From assembly GCF_009914755.1 (NCBI RefSeq), contig NC_060930.1: a DNA stretch of 64,000 nt; one strand, 5' to 3'. The first letter of the stretch is position 1. Each line of letters opens with the position of its first letter. The notes under the pieces were generated by a model. That model was not told where the DNA came from. It was given only the letters and a program-made list of their open reading frames with translations, and did not search any database. The position numbers and the translations under genes are program-made. The DNA is from the human T2T-CHM13v2.0 reference genome, Homo sapiens. Positions 32,760 through 45,371 of the stretch are shown piece by piece.

Positions 32760-35490
32760 AAATGCATTTTGTCTTTTTGAGGACATCTTTCCTAGAACTT
32801 CTGTGCTCTTTCATTCTGTTCCTCAGGCCTCTGTGTAGGTATCTCTTGGTTTTGCTTTCACTGCTATCCTGGGATTGCTTTTATTCTCTCTTAAGTTTTC
32901 TCTCTATTTCCTGGATAGTATGTCTTCCTGTTTCTTGGTTCAGTCCCTGATTTTGGAGGAGCACATTTTTCAGTAGCTTCCTGAGAAAGTGCATGGGAGG
33001 TATATTTTTGGAAACTTGCACGTCTGAAAGTGATCCCCCCTCCCCATACTTACTGATAATTTGTCTGGGTGAATCTAGCTTGGGAATATTTTCCTCTTAG
33101 AAACTCAAAGTACTTCTTTATTATTCTTTAGTTTCCAGTATTACTGTTGATAAATCTAATGCCTATCTTATCTTTATTTTTTTGTCTTCATGCATATATA
33201 TCTTTCTGTTTCTAGTGTTGTGAAATTTCCGACTGATATGGTTTTATTTTATTTTAAATCATTGTGCTGTGCACTTAGCAGGTCCTATCAGTCCAGAAAC
33301 TCTTGTCTTTCAGTTTTGAAAATTTTTCCTAAATTATTTCTTTGATTATTTTCTTCCCCTCCATTTAACATATTTTATCTTTCTGAAACTTCTATTATTT
33401 GGAATATTGGATCCCCTGGACTTTAATCAGTTCTTTAATATTTTATTCTTTGACTTTTTATTCTACTTTGTGGGAGATTGTTTTATTTTTGAATTGTAGA
33501 CCTTCTATGGAAGTTCATTTCTGCTATCATGATATTTAATTTCAAAAATGCTTTACTTGTTTTCTGAATCTTGCTACAGCATCATATTCTTGTTGTGTGA
33601 GTACAATATTATATTCTCTTATTTTTTCTGAGAAGATTAAAGGTTTATTTTATTTTTACATTTTTTTATTTATTACTTAGACTTTACGTTCTGGGGTACA
33701 TGTGCAGAATGTGCAGGTTTGTTACATAGGTATACATGTGCCATGGTGGTTTGCTGCACCCATCAACCCGTCATCTACATTAGGTATTTCTCCTAATGCT
33801 ATCCCTCCCCTTGCCTCCCACCCCCCAACAGCCCCTGGTGTGTGATGTTCCCCTCCCTGTGCCCATATGTTCTCATTGTTCAGCCCCCACTTTTGAATGA
33901 GAACATGTGGTGTTTGGTTTTCTGTTCCTGTGTTAGTCTGCTGAGAACGATGGTTTCCAGTTTCATCCATGTCCCTGCAAAGGACATGAACTCATTCTTT
34001 TGCATTGCTGCATAGTATTCCATGATGTATATGTGCCACATTTCCTTTATCCAGTCTATCATTGATGGGCATTTGGGTTGGTTCCAAGTCTTTGCTATTG
34101 TGAATAGTGCCACAATAAACATTTGTGTACATGTGTCTTTATAGTAGAATGACTTATGATCCTTTGGGTCTATAGCCAGTAATGGGATGGCTGGGTCAAA
34201 TGGTATTTCTAGTTCTAGATCCTTGAGCAATCACCACACTGTCTTCCACAATGGTTGAACTAATTTACACTCCCACTAACAGTGTAAAAGTGTTCTTATT
34301 TCTCCACATCCTCTCCAGCATCTGTTGTTTCCTGACTTTTTATGATTGCCATTCTAACAGGTGTGAGATGGTATCTCATTGTGGTTTTGATTTGCATTTC
34401 TCTAATGACCAGTGATGATGAGCTTTTTTTTCATAAGTTTGTTGGCCACATAAATGTCTTCTTCTGAGAAGTGTCTGTTTATATCTTTTGCCCACTTTTT
34501 GATGGGTTTGTTTGTTTTTTTTTTGTAAGTTTGTTTACGTTCCTTGCAGATTCTGGATATTAGCCCTTTGTCAGATGGATAGATTGCAAAAATTTTCTTC
34601 ATTATATTTATTAAAAGATATTTCTTTAACGTTGTCACTGTTTTCTTCTAAGTTCCTTTGGTTTCTGGTGTTCCTCAATATCGGATGATCCTCAGTAGTC
34701 CTCTCATATGTAAAATGTGGGTGCCACATAACTGATTAGAAGATCTGGGTCTAGAGGATAAAGGGCTTGTGAATTTGTGGGCTTAACTTCTAGGTGATTT
34801 AGTTCAGCTGTTTTTCAAGGGGAATCTTTATGAGCATCTTTAGGACTTTTCTATTGGATTGGTCTCTGGAGAATAAGCTTTCAGTCCCCTGTCTAAAGGA
34901 TACAAACCTAGTTGTCAGAATTCTGGGGGCTGAGTAGAAGAAGGGGCTGGAGACCTCAACTTTCAGTATATAGACTTTTTTTAGAGGTACTTCTAACCCT
35001 AACTCTGCATGGTGTGCCTCAGAGTAGAGTTTCTCTTATTATCTTATCTTACCTTCAACTAGGGTGGGAAAGGGGCAGCCCCCAGCTCCATGGAATGAGA
35101 GGGGGTTCCAAACTCTAACTTCTTCCTAAACTGAATTGAAATAACTATCCTAGTTTTAGCTGTTTAAAAAATTCCACTTTCATAGGTACCTGCCCCTGTA
35201 ATTTCTGAGTATGACTGGAGTTCTATGAGGCAAATCAGTGTACAGCTTTGTTTCCCCCACTGCTGACACAGGTTTCAGCATTCTCCAGTCTGCTGGTTCA
35301 CTTAGCATTTACCCATGTACTTTCCAGCTTCCAATATTTTGTTGCTATTTTATCATCTTCTGTTGTCTTTGCTTCATGGGTTTATACTTAAAAATATTCC
35401 TTTACTCTCATTTTAATGGGGTTTCAGACAGAATAGAGGTAAATGTATACATTCAAACCTCCATCTTTAATCAAATGCCTGTGGTTTTTT
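32760..35490 (-). mobile_element. Highly diverged L1M 5'/ORF1 remnant, split by an L1PA7
   Basis: T-rich antisense ORF1-like tracts on both sides of the L1PA7. Boundaries are approximate. Confidence 0.5.
33645..34600 (-). mobile_element. 5'-truncated L1PA7-like
   Basis: 3'UTR ...catggtggtttgctgcacccatcaacccgtcatctacattagg and ORF2 C-terminus 33880..34230. Confidence 0.92.
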
Positions 35491-35707
35491 TTTTTTAGTA
35501 TCTTGCAAAATTTCTGAATTATGATGCTTACTTTTATGTGTTTAAACATTTTTATATTTAAAGCTGGTTTTATTTTGAAATGAACAAAACAAGTTATCTT
35601 GAATGTCCTTCCAGAAATATTCCTTATGTCTACAAGCACATTGGTAGTGTTTTTACATGTAAAATTCCTCTTCAAAAGTGCAAGATCGATGTCCTTTTTC
35701 TGGCTAG

Positions 35708-36467
35708 GGAAAGAAAAGCAACAGCATGATGAAGAAGACTGATGAAAAAGGAATTAATGAAGAAAGCTGTTGAAGAAGGAATTTCTTATAAATGTATTGG
35801 ACACTTCTCTGTCTCCCATCTTATCCCAGCTCCTGCTGTGGTGACCAGGTCTGGGCAGGCTTCAGCCAGCCTCACTCAGTACATCCTGTCGGTGCCTCAC
35901 CTCAGGCCTGCACTAGGAACACCACTTGCTTTTTGTCTGGGGTTTCTGTGACACCTGCAGGTGGAACATTTTATGAAATCCTGTAGTACAGGCAAATGCA
36001 ACCCTTTTGGGAGCAACCTTGCTGAATGGTGACAGGACCCAATGAACAACTATCCCATTCTCTCTTGTCCCAGTCAGGTTCTGAGATATCTTCTCAGTCA
36101 TTCCCTCAGGATTGAGGAAACCATAGTGGTGGCCAACTATGAACCCCTCCCGGGAGAGTCTTTCCCTCCTATATTAACTACCTTTTCCTTCATTCTGCAA
36201 ACTGGAATCACTTCTCAAATAAACTGCTTGCACTTAAGCCTTTTCTTTGGGTTTTGTTTTCAGAGGGAACCCAGGCTAAGATGATAAGTTAAAAAGTCTT
36301 TATGATATGACTTTATGATGCACTTTAAATAGAAACCAGTGCAATCCTAGTGTGAGAAAGAAGCAAGGCATGAAGAGCTTGGGGTTCTTTCTTTGATCAT
36401 GGAGCTCCATGCTAGTTCATTTGCAAGCACGCTGGCCACTAGTTATCCCAGAGCAGCTTCAAACAAG
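35708..36467 (+). pseudogene. Candidate decayed exon (phase 2-2) interrupted by a solo LTR
   Basis: tcctttttctggctAG acceptor. Removing the LTR and one TSD copy joins ...KKAVEEGISY to KLKSLYDMTL*...LVHLQARWPLVIPEQLQT in frame. Weak donor AG|GTTTTG. Confidence 0.45.
35793..36283 (+). mobile_element. Solo ERVL LTR, LTR33/LTR16-like
   Basis: Starts TGT, has AATAAA at about 36218 and ends ...gggaacccaggctaagatg. 5-bp TSD ataaa / ataag. Confidence 0.7.
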
Positions 36468-36469
36468 GT

Positions 36470-36790
36470 TTTGAATAGATAATGTATGTACATGGTACAA
36501 AGTGTAAAAGTACAAAAGTAAATTTAGTGAAAGCAAGATTTCCTTCCCTTCCTCTCTCTCCCAGCCCCTCAGTTTCCTTTGGGAAACTGCCTCCAGTTTT
36601 GTGTGTATCTTTTCAGAGAGATATTCTATGCAAATGAAAATACGTATATTCACTGGGCAAGTATTTATTTATAGAATGAATATATATGTACCTATGTATA
36701 TATGTTATTTTTTATAGACATGGTTGCATACTCGATTCCGCATCTTGCTTTTTTTATTTAAAAATATCACCTGAGTAATTTTCATTAATA
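36470..36790 (-). mobile_element. L1ME-like 3'UTR fragment
   Basis: Resembles ancient L1 3' ends (catggtacaaa...gtgtatcttttcagagagatattctatgca). Confidence 0.6.
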
Positions 36791-36824
36791 ACAACTGATG
36801 GGCAAACTTCTCTCATGCTAACAG

Positions 36825-36951
36825 TGATGACAGTCTAAAATAATTACAGCCTTCAGGGAACCTGTACTTTTCTGATACCTTTATCTTACTGGGGGACCCG
36901 GAGATCTGGAGGGAGTCTACAGGGGAATACTTTTTGGAAATTAGGTGTCAG
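36825..36951 (+). pseudogene. Candidate decayed exon (phase 2-0, 127 bp, 1 stop)
   Basis: ctctcatgctaacAG acceptor and CAG|GTAAGG donor. Frame DDSLK*LQPSGNLYFSDTFILLGDPEIWRESTGEYFLEIRCQ. Confidence 0.55.
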
Positions 36952-37040
36952 GTAAGGATTAGATCCCAGTTTCCTTTAGGTAGCTAGGTGTACTTCCTGG
37001 GAACCTCAGACCACAGAGTCTCATTCATTCTCTCCTCTAG

Positions 37041-37118
37041 GATTCACCTTACAGGGGACTGAACCCTGAACCCTGGAAGCCCTTCTCTTCTGGAACCCAC
37101 CCACTCAGAGAGAGTTAG
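37041..37118 (+). pseudogene. Candidate decayed exon (phase 0-0, 78 bp)
   Basis: tcattcattctctcctctAG acceptor after an 89-bp intron, and AG|GTAGGG donor. Frame DSPYRGLNPEPWKPFSSGTHPLRES*. Confidence 0.5.
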
Positions 37119-37434
37119 GTAGGGTCAATCTTTCTGTCTCCTTTCTTTCACCATCTTCTATCTGTGTTGTTATTCCTTCAATGTAAGCATATTTGTAAAT
37201 CAAAAGTTGACACTTGAGACCTGTCTATAAATAAATGCTTTACAAATTTAATGCATTGAATTAGTAAAGTGAATCCAACTGGCTTAGACTTCCAATTTTC
37301 TAGAACTTATAGAAACTTTAGAGATCATTTGAACCCCCAAATAAGACAGTTCCCCAATACGTATTCTGTTTGGTTAGTGGCAAAATCCAAGACTTGCATT
37401 TAGGTTCCACTAGACTGCAAGAAAGGAAAAGGTA

Positions 37435-37730
37435 TTATTTTTATTATTTTGACACAGGGTCTTGCTCTGTTGTTCAACCTGGAGTGCAGTGGTCATCATA
37501 GCTCACTGCAGCCTTGAGCATCTGGGCTCAAGCAATCCTCCCGCCTCAGCCTCCTGAGTAGCTGGGACTACAGGGGCGTGGTACCACACCCTGCTAATTC
37601 TTTCATTTTTTGTAGAGACAGAGTCTTGCTATGTTGTCCAGGCTGGTCTCAAACTTCTGGCCTCAAGTGATCCTCCTACCTCAGCCTCCCAAAGTGCTGA
37701 AATTATAGGTGTGAACCATTGCATCAAGGC
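37435..37730 (-). mobile_element. AluJ
   Basis: Diverged two-arm Alu. Confidence 0.9.
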
Positions 37731-38064
37731 AGAAAAAAGTATTCTTAAGGCAGGTGATTTTTTAAAAGAAATATGACAAAATAAATGTATAAACCTGTTA
37801 AAATTTATTGGTATAAATAATGTACCATAAATCTTTGAATAAAGATGGTTTCTGTGCTACTACTACTGTCTTAACTCCATTTGAAAGTTTACTATGCCCT
37901 TTCACCTTATCTTTAGAAATTACCTTCTATAATAGAGTGGGACAAAAAAAAGACATATAGGATTTTATTCTTACTATTATAAAAATAACTTTGTATAGTG
38001 CTTTACAGCTTATAAACTGAATGTGAATAATATAATTTAATCCTTATAACAACCTTGTATGGCA

Positions 38065-38602
38065 TGACAGCTTGTAGTTTTCAAAGGTTGAGGGTATATA
38101 TCTCACCCCCATGCTCTTCTTATAATTCATATGTTGACATTTCTCCATGAAAAGGTGGGATAGACCTTTGTGACTGCCTACCAATAGAATGTGTGAAAGT
38201 GACACAACTTGATTTTCAAGTCTGCATCATAATGCGACTTCCTCCTGGCTTGCTCTCTCAGGCCACACTCCTTTAGGGGCACCACATAAGAAGTCTAGTG
38301 ACCCTGAAGCTGCCATGCTGGAAAGACCAGAAGGAAAGAGCATACAGAGATGCAGAGAGATGCCTGAAGAGCCATAGTGGTTCCAGCTGCCAGATCTTCC
38401 AGTCCTTTCAGCCCAGATGTGTAAGTGAAGAAGCCTTTGAGAGGACCCAGGCACAGTATCCACTCACTGCAACCTTCCAAGGGACCCTGAGTTAGAACTG
38501 CCCAGTTGGGCTGCTCCCAAGTTTTTGAGAATTTAAAAATTATTGTTGTTTTAGACCCCTAAGATTTGGAATGATTGTTACATAGCCATAGTGATAGTAA
38601 CA
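38065..38602 (+). mobile_element. MLT1 (MLT1H-like) solo LTR inserted in an antisense MIR
   Basis: ccaatagaatgtg...ccctgaagctgccatgctgg...ttgttgttttagacccctaagatttgg...tagtaaca. MIR-like sequence on both sides (about 37990-38060 and 38605-38740). Confidence 0.75.
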
Positions 38603-38839
38603 TAGTATTATTATTATTTCCACTTAACTGTTAAGAACCTGAAGATTCAGAGGGTGACTGATCTTCATCAAGTGGCAGGGTTGAGTTGTGCACGCATGTC
38701 TTTGGCTCTAAGTCCCGTATTACTTCTGCTCCTCTCTGCTGTAGGTTAAAGTATAGTCACATACACAATTTAGATTTCTCTTTTTGATTTTTAAGGATCC
38801 AGTTAAATATGCTTGGAGTGATGACTTCTTTCCTTCTAG

Positions 38840-39650
38840 ATTCCTAGGATTCTGGTTCACCCCACCCCTCTACCTGCACCACAGCTATTGAAGCCACTGT
38901 TGCTCTGCTCTGTGAGCACTCATCTCTCAGGGTTTGCTTCTTACAATATTATCTTTGGCTCGCCCATGTCTCTGGCTTTAATCAAGCTTCAGAAGCCATG
39001 TAGTGGCACTATTTTAAGGCTGTCATGGGGGAAGGATCTTCCTGAAGGGAAGAGGAACATTTTGTTGTATTATGTGAGCTGCTTATTTAAACCCATGATA
39101 GCCTGGCACCTGTGTCCTAGTGAAACAATTCAGTGAGCTTGTGAGTCGGCAGAGAGCCAGTCTAGCAGATGGTCATGGGAGGAGGGACCATGCACCATAT
39201 GATCATCAAGTGTGCTTGCCCAGGGCAGGAGTCCCTGCCAGAAAGGTCCAAATGCCTGCCCTTAGAGCTGAAGTCTTATTGTTACAGGGAAGCCTAAAAT
39301 GAAAAAAAATGCTGGGGAAAGATGAAACAACAATAATATTTTCATTTGAGCTGGAAACCCAGAGAGAAATTAGCCATGGTAAAGAAGATCTTTTGAGAGT
39401 TGAAGAGTGATAAGGCACTCACTGTGGAGTAGTTTTTCCCTGGGTTGAGAACAGTTCTCTATGAAACAAGAGTGTGGATGTTCACTGTGCATGCACAGAA
39501 GTTGTATCCCATAATAGCTTTACCAATTATGATGATTCTGGGAGCACCTGAGGCAAGAAGAGGCCAGTGTCTATGGCTCACCTGTTTGAAATCAGGAGCT
39601 GCAGCAGATGAGCAGGCAGTTAGCCTGGAAGGCTTGCTGAGACCCTGGTG
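38840..39650 (+). pseudogene. Candidate large decayed exon (phase 0-2) with frameshifts
   Basis: cttctttccttctAG acceptor and 98 open codons from it. Then frames 39120-39407 (one stop) and 39445-39650, ending TG|GTAAAC. Not recognisable as a repeat. Confidence 0.55.
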
Positions 39651-40311
39651 GTAAACACTGTATTGCCAGATCCCCCTTTCCTTTCCTCTGGCAATCTGGA
39701 AGCTCCCTAATTCAGATCTGCCTAACCATATTCTTCCCAGAAATGCTGACCCCATGTAACATTTTTGGATGTCATATACCTATAATATTGTAGACACTAC
39801 CAATGGATTTTTCCTTAAAAAAAGTGCTTAGCCTCATTTAATCAACAGTAGCCATTCATTTATTTGTTCATTTTCCCTGGCAATTATTTGTTTATCTTCT
39901 CTCATATTGTAAGATAATGTGTTTCCTGGTGGTGGAGATATACAGATGATTAAAATCCAATCTCAGAATTCAAAGGTTTTTTCCACTTAAGGAAGAAAAA
40001 TAATGTCAAGGTATATATGAAGCAAGATGCAAAAGTGCTACATAAAAATTAGAAAAAATGTTATAGGGAGTAAGAGGAGAAAAAGAGAAACAGATCACTT
40101 ACATTATATTAGTGGCTTCAGCCATACTTGTAGGAATAGACAGTGTTTAAAATAGACAGTAGCTGTTATTGCTATTAAATATTTCCCCTCATGCAGTACA
40201 TGTGTATTGGATAACATTGAGAAAACAGAGACAATCACATAGAATAAAATAAAAATTTCCTTTAACTTCATTATCATCCATAGGCAACCATTCTGCCTGT
40301 TTCGATGTCAG

Positions 40312-40556
40312 GAGTTATCCACATAAGAAGCAGCTGGATCACAAATTGGTAATGGAGAGTGAACGTACCTGTGATGTTTGATTTGGGGCTAATATCTGAA
40401 GCCACAGTTTGTTTCTTTCCTCAGGATCCTAATACACAGGACATGTATTCCCCAATCAGATGATGTGTGAAACTCTATACTTTTGTTAGCTGTTACAAAT
40501 AAAAATCTAGGGCTCTCGAAGGAAATTGAATGTGTAACACAGAGTTTATATTTCAA
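40312..40556 (+). pseudogene. Candidate decayed exon (phase 2-1, 245 bp)
   Basis: AG at 40310-40311 and donor GTAAGT at 40557. Frame SYPHKKQLDHKLVMESERTCDV*... contains several stops. Confidence 0.45.
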
Positions 40557-40843
40557 GTAAGTTTGCCTCAAATATGCCCTCCAAATTTAGTAAAGATCCA
40601 TCTTGCTGTTTTGGTGTGCCACAATAATAGACAGAAACAGTTTTATTAAAATGAATCAGATAATGATAATGATGATGATTAATATTTATTAAAATATTTT
40701 ATTAAAATTAAAAGTTTTATTAAAATAAGATAATGATAATGATTAAATAATATTAAATAAGTGCCTAATAAATATTAAATTATTTCCCAAAGACTATAAA
40801 ATTCCCTTTCTTCTGATAACATACTTCTGTATCTCCTGCTTAG

Positions 40844-40983
40844 ATTTACTGATTTTCCTGACTGCAGCAGAGTAAAGATACTCAATTCTGGCTGCATTTT
40901 TAAAATAAAGACTGAAGAAGTTTCATTCATCTGATTGAAAAATTCTTTTTCATTTCAAGTGGAAAAATAAATTAAACTTTAAG
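40844..40983 (+). pseudogene. Candidate decayed exon (phase 1-0), donor apparently mutated
   Basis: cttctgtatctcctgcttAG acceptor. It ends AAG|GAAATA (no GT) and has 3 stops. Confidence 0.3.
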
Positions 40984-41239
40984 GAAATAAGGCTTATTTT
41001 TTCTTTATACACAACTTAAAAATTATTTCATTTGAAAGTTAACACATAGCTTTTCCTCTACTTCTTCTTTCTTTTTATGAAAAATTCAGTACTAAACCTT
41101 TTATGTGGAGCACAGCAAGGAAGGCATTATAGGTGTGGGGCAGGGGCAGCCTGGCATGGGAATTAGAGCCCGGGAAGGGTGGGAAGAGCATCCCCTCAAA
41201 GGAAGAGCCTGGCACGTGATGTCAGAGCCAGATCCAAGC

Positions 41240-43600
41240 CCTCAGCTTACCAAATAATTTCAAGAATTTAACTGAGATGGTGCAGCCTTGTACTATGTGT
41301 GGGACAATATTCCATCTCTGTTTTGTGAAGTTCTATGTATTTTTTGTCCTGAATGCGTGTAACCAATGAATGTTTTCAGTAGAGGACGCCATCCGTGTCA
41401 TGCCATACCTATGTACTGAGAAAGTTGGCTGCAGTTGAGTTCTTGCCTGCAAATACTGTGTGCAATGGTAGAGCCATGGCACTACCTCATGGATGGCCTA
41501 GAACAGGTGTATTGTGTTCCTGGGTAGGAAAAAGCAAGCCACGGCTGTGAGTCTGGTGAAATAGGCACTGAGCAGAACATATTAGCCAAATCTGTGGATG
41601 TGAAGTATCTACTATTTGCTTACTGCGTGGTGTCAGTAATTCCAACACTATTGAGTATAAAGACCTTAATGGGTGATGCCTTGGCAATAAGGTTGTGATA
41701 ATTCACCATGAGATGCCTTTTGTTCTTTCCCCAGTTGTAAGAATAGGCCAAATTGGGTTGTTGTATTATTGAGAAATGGAGAAGCAGTGGGGATAGTCAC
41801 ATCTTCTCTAAATAGGTCTTGAATAATGGGTTTCAATCTTTGAAGGCCCTGTTTTAATTTATACTGGGCCCTAGTAACTTTTAACCAGAGATAGTGGGGA
41901 GGTTCATGGGCCCCCTTTTTATCAAGCATTTCATAAGTGCCAAAAGACTTAATTAAATTTTAATTTATTACTCATTGGGTCAGAGTTTCCATGCCCATCA
42001 TGGGATATTTTATAGCAATGGGGGCTATGACTATGTGGAATTTAGGTTAAGGTGAGGCATACCTGTTTGTCTTCTAGTTTATGTTCAGTGACTCCCCTAA
42101 GATTATAGAAGATAATCTTGTTTAAATTCATGGGATCCCCAGGTAAAACTGTAATTTGAGCTCCAGTGTTGATTAAGACCATGAAGTTTTGCCACTTGGT
42201 GCATCTCAGCAGATATTAAAGTTAATTCAGAACCTATATTATGAGGCGCAAAAGCCAGTCAGTCTCCTTTTATTTTCTTGTTGTATAAATTCTTTTAATA
42301 CATTTTGTATTCCCAATTGGGACCAAATTAATTGTAGTGGTTCTAATTGTGGACCTTTGTTTCAGGTTTTTGTTTCTCCCACTTGTGTCTCCCTCCGTCC
42401 CTTTCTCTCTCTCTCTCTCTTTTATTACTGGATATATTTTGGTGGGAGAGGTGGATCCCCTCTCCCTGCTTATATTTACTGTATAAGTTTCTTCTTTCAG
42501 AGTATCAAATTAGTTTTCTCAGGATTAGGGGCTGCCCATGGATGTGGTTGCATTTTTGGATTAAGGCCCCTGGATTAAGTTGGGTTTGAATGAACTCTAT
42601 GACTGTGCCATGGGTACCACGGGTGATTTTCCTGTAACCATGAGGATCAGGATCATTTTAACAATAAAGGCATAGGCAGTAGTAGCATAAAGACATTTTG
42701 TAGGGTCCTGGTGAGCCAGCCATTTTTGAAAGTGTGACCTCAGCATGCCTCATGATGACTGCTCTTTCTCCACACAGTGAAGATGCAGTGGACCCATATA
42801 TTGCACAGGTAATTGGTCTTTTCCTGGAAGCCTCTATAGAGTAGGAGACAACAGTGGGTTGAGACACACAACCAAAGGTCATAGGGTAATAGTTGTTTTC
42901 CAGAGTCTAATGTCAGTCATGGCTTATGCTGGAATCAAGTCAGAGTATTTAAACTGAGATGTACATATAAGTGAAGCCAAGACGTATGACCCAGGGCCAC
43001 TCTAATGAGGGCCCTAGTCCCATGCTCTGTCCCCAAATGCCAATTATAGAAATTTCTGACTTAGATTGGTTGAATCTAGAACAGACTCTGTAGGACTCAG
43101 CAAATGCAAGATGAAGCAGCACAGCCAGTTAGCAAGCTAAAGCAAGAGAAGAAAGACACCCTTATGGTAGTGGTCATTACTCAGACACACTGCTCACAGC
43201 ACCAATTAATGTTACCCTCCAGAGGTGGGATGGACACCTGCCTTCCCTCTGCCTCTTTGGATGTCAAGAATGATGACATCACACATGCATCAAGAGAGCA
43301 CGTAAAGATTTATTGCTCATATAATGAAGCTTTTTGGAAGATTAGGGCAGGCTCTTAGGCAGGTCCAAAAATGGCTTGAGAGTGCAGGGAAAGGAGACTG
43401 GTTTGTGGTTTATTGTGGTTAAAGGTTAGGGCTGAGGTGAAGGTTCCCACATGTGGGTTGGGGCTTGCGTTGTTTGAACATCCCACCAGTACCAAAAGAG
43501 GGAGTTTATCAGCTTACCCAAAAGTAGACTGGAAGGGGAAGAGAGTGTCCTGGAGCTTGAAAACTCTCTGTAGACAAACATCAAAAATTATAGATACAAC
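41240..43600 (-). mobile_element. ERVL (MER76-like) provirus remnant: 5'LTR about 43210-43600 plus gag-pro-pol
   Basis: On the minus strand the LTR ends ...ggtaaca and is followed by ttaattggtgctgtgagcag (PBS-like). Protease reads VLINTGAQITVLP (about 42141-42179). RT N-terminus reads QYKLKQG..LKPIIQDL..IPTASPF..NPIWP..LMVNYHNL. Confidence 0.8.
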
Positions 43601-43614
43601 CACAATTGGAAAGA

Positions 43615-44200
43615 TAGATTTACAAGGAAACATTATATATGACCCTAAGACAATGATTTTGAAAAACTAGAGAAAATGAATTATTTCCTAGGAAAACACT
43701 AGTATTGATTCCCCACAAAATATAAAATCATGATGGACCAATCACTGTAGAAGAGATCAGAAAAGTAAAGATCTATCATTACAAAGGCACCAAGCCCAGA
43801 TAGTTTTACTACTAAGGACTAGCCAACTTGTAAAGATCAGTTAACTCCTAGATGAAACTAATCTAGAATTATAAGATGACAAAAATTACATAAATGCAAA
43901 GTCATTGAAGAAAAGGTTACTACCAACCTAATCCAGCAGGATAGTAAAAGAAAAATCACTTCATAGAGTTTATTTCAGGAATCAAAGAATGGTTCAAGAT
44001 TAGAAATCTAGCAATAGAAATATCCATACTAATGAATTAAAGGAGAGAAACCATCTAATTATTTCAAGTTACTTCAAATATGATAAAATTTAGTAGTTAC
44101 TCCTTATAAAAACTCTAGGAGTGGATGAAAATAACTGAAACACAGTAGAGATGAATTACCCACAGTCAATAAAAACTACATTAATTGGTGAAATACTTGT
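43615..44200 (+). mobile_element. Ancient L1M ORF2 fragment
   Basis: A-rich and degenerate L1 RT-region sequence (aaggcaccaagcccagatagttttact; tttatttcaggaatcaaagaatggttcaa). Confidence 0.65.
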
Positions 44201-44397
44201 GGGCACTTCTATTAGTAATTAAACACTAAATTACTTAGTAATTAGTGCTTGTTTAGAATTCACATTTCTGGTCCCTGGTCCCACCCTTGAGGTTCTTAAT
44301 CAGAAGGTCTCCAACAGAACAGAGCTCAGTTTTCAAGTAACACTATTACATAGCATTGACTTAAAGATTCTTTATTCTTTAAATCTGCCACTCACAG

Positions 44398-45046
44398 TAT
44401 TCTTTCAAGATTAGACACGAATTGGTAATTATTACAGATGACAGCCACTAATGCCAGATTCTTAAGTGGGAAAATGTGAGATGTTAGGTCTCTCTCTCTC
44501 TCTTTTTTTTTTTTTTTTTGAGGCAGGTCTTGCTTTGTCATCCAGGCTGGCATGCCGTGGCGTGATCACAGGGTTCACTGCAGCCTCGACCTCCCAGGTT
44601 GAAACAAATCCTCCCACCTCAGCCTCCTGAGTAGCACATGCCACCATGCCCAGCTAATTTTATTTTTTGAAGAGATAGGATCTTCCTATATTGCCCAGGC
44701 TGGTCTCGAGCTCCTGGGCTCAAGCGATCCTTCTGTCTTGGCCTCCCAAAGTGCTGAGATTACAGGCATGAGCCACTGTGCCTGGCCTGAGATGTTAGGT
44801 CTTTATGGGAGAAGCCAAGATGGAGGCGAGATTCGATAGGTCATGAACAAAGACAGAGCAGGTGGATGCTGCGTAGGGTGCAGGAGAATTATGGTCCAGG
44901 AGGCAAGTGGGAAGGGATGGCTTTGTGTGGACAAAAAGTAGAGAAATGCAAGAAATACATAGGACAATTTTTAGAAGTCCAATTCAAGAGTCAGAATGGT
45001 GGATAGATGACAAAAGGTGGTTGGTACAGCTCTTTTTGCTTCAGGA
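44398..45046 (+). pseudogene. Candidate decayed exon (phase 0-2) interrupted by an AluJ
   Basis: ctcacAG acceptor. Removing the Alu and one TSD copy gives one frame, YSFKIRHELVIITDD...[15 protein letters not shown]...WWIDDKRWLVQLFLLQ, with 4 stops. Donor GA|GTGAAT. Confidence 0.4.
44492..44787 (-). mobile_element. AluJ
   Basis: Perfect 15-bp TSD tgagatgttaggtct (44477-44491, 44788-44802). Confidence 0.94.
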
Positions 45047-45371
45047 GTGAATGGTTTGACAAACTTCTTTAAAAATCGTTAAGTTTATCATAGTCGATGC
45101 AAATAGTAAATTCATTGCAGTCCAGGGGCTTCTGCTTGGCAATAAATTCCTCTAAAGTTATTTTTGAAGGGATGAGTCTTTGAGCTGTTGCCAAGGCTAG
45201 AAACAGTTTCCACTCTTGCTTTGATATCTTTAATGTGCTGACATTCGAATACAATATTTCAGATATGTGGAGAATGCAGGAAGGGATGGGCTGGGTATTG
45301 TGGTCACAGGAGTGACTGGATTGGAGCTGATGATACAAATGTGCCACTTCTTTGGGGATTCATGCTTTAGA

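Noticed and set aside
40640-40785. AT-rich repeated words (gttttattaaaat…gataatgataatgat twice)
   Set aside because: Low-complexity slippage product with no evidence of function.
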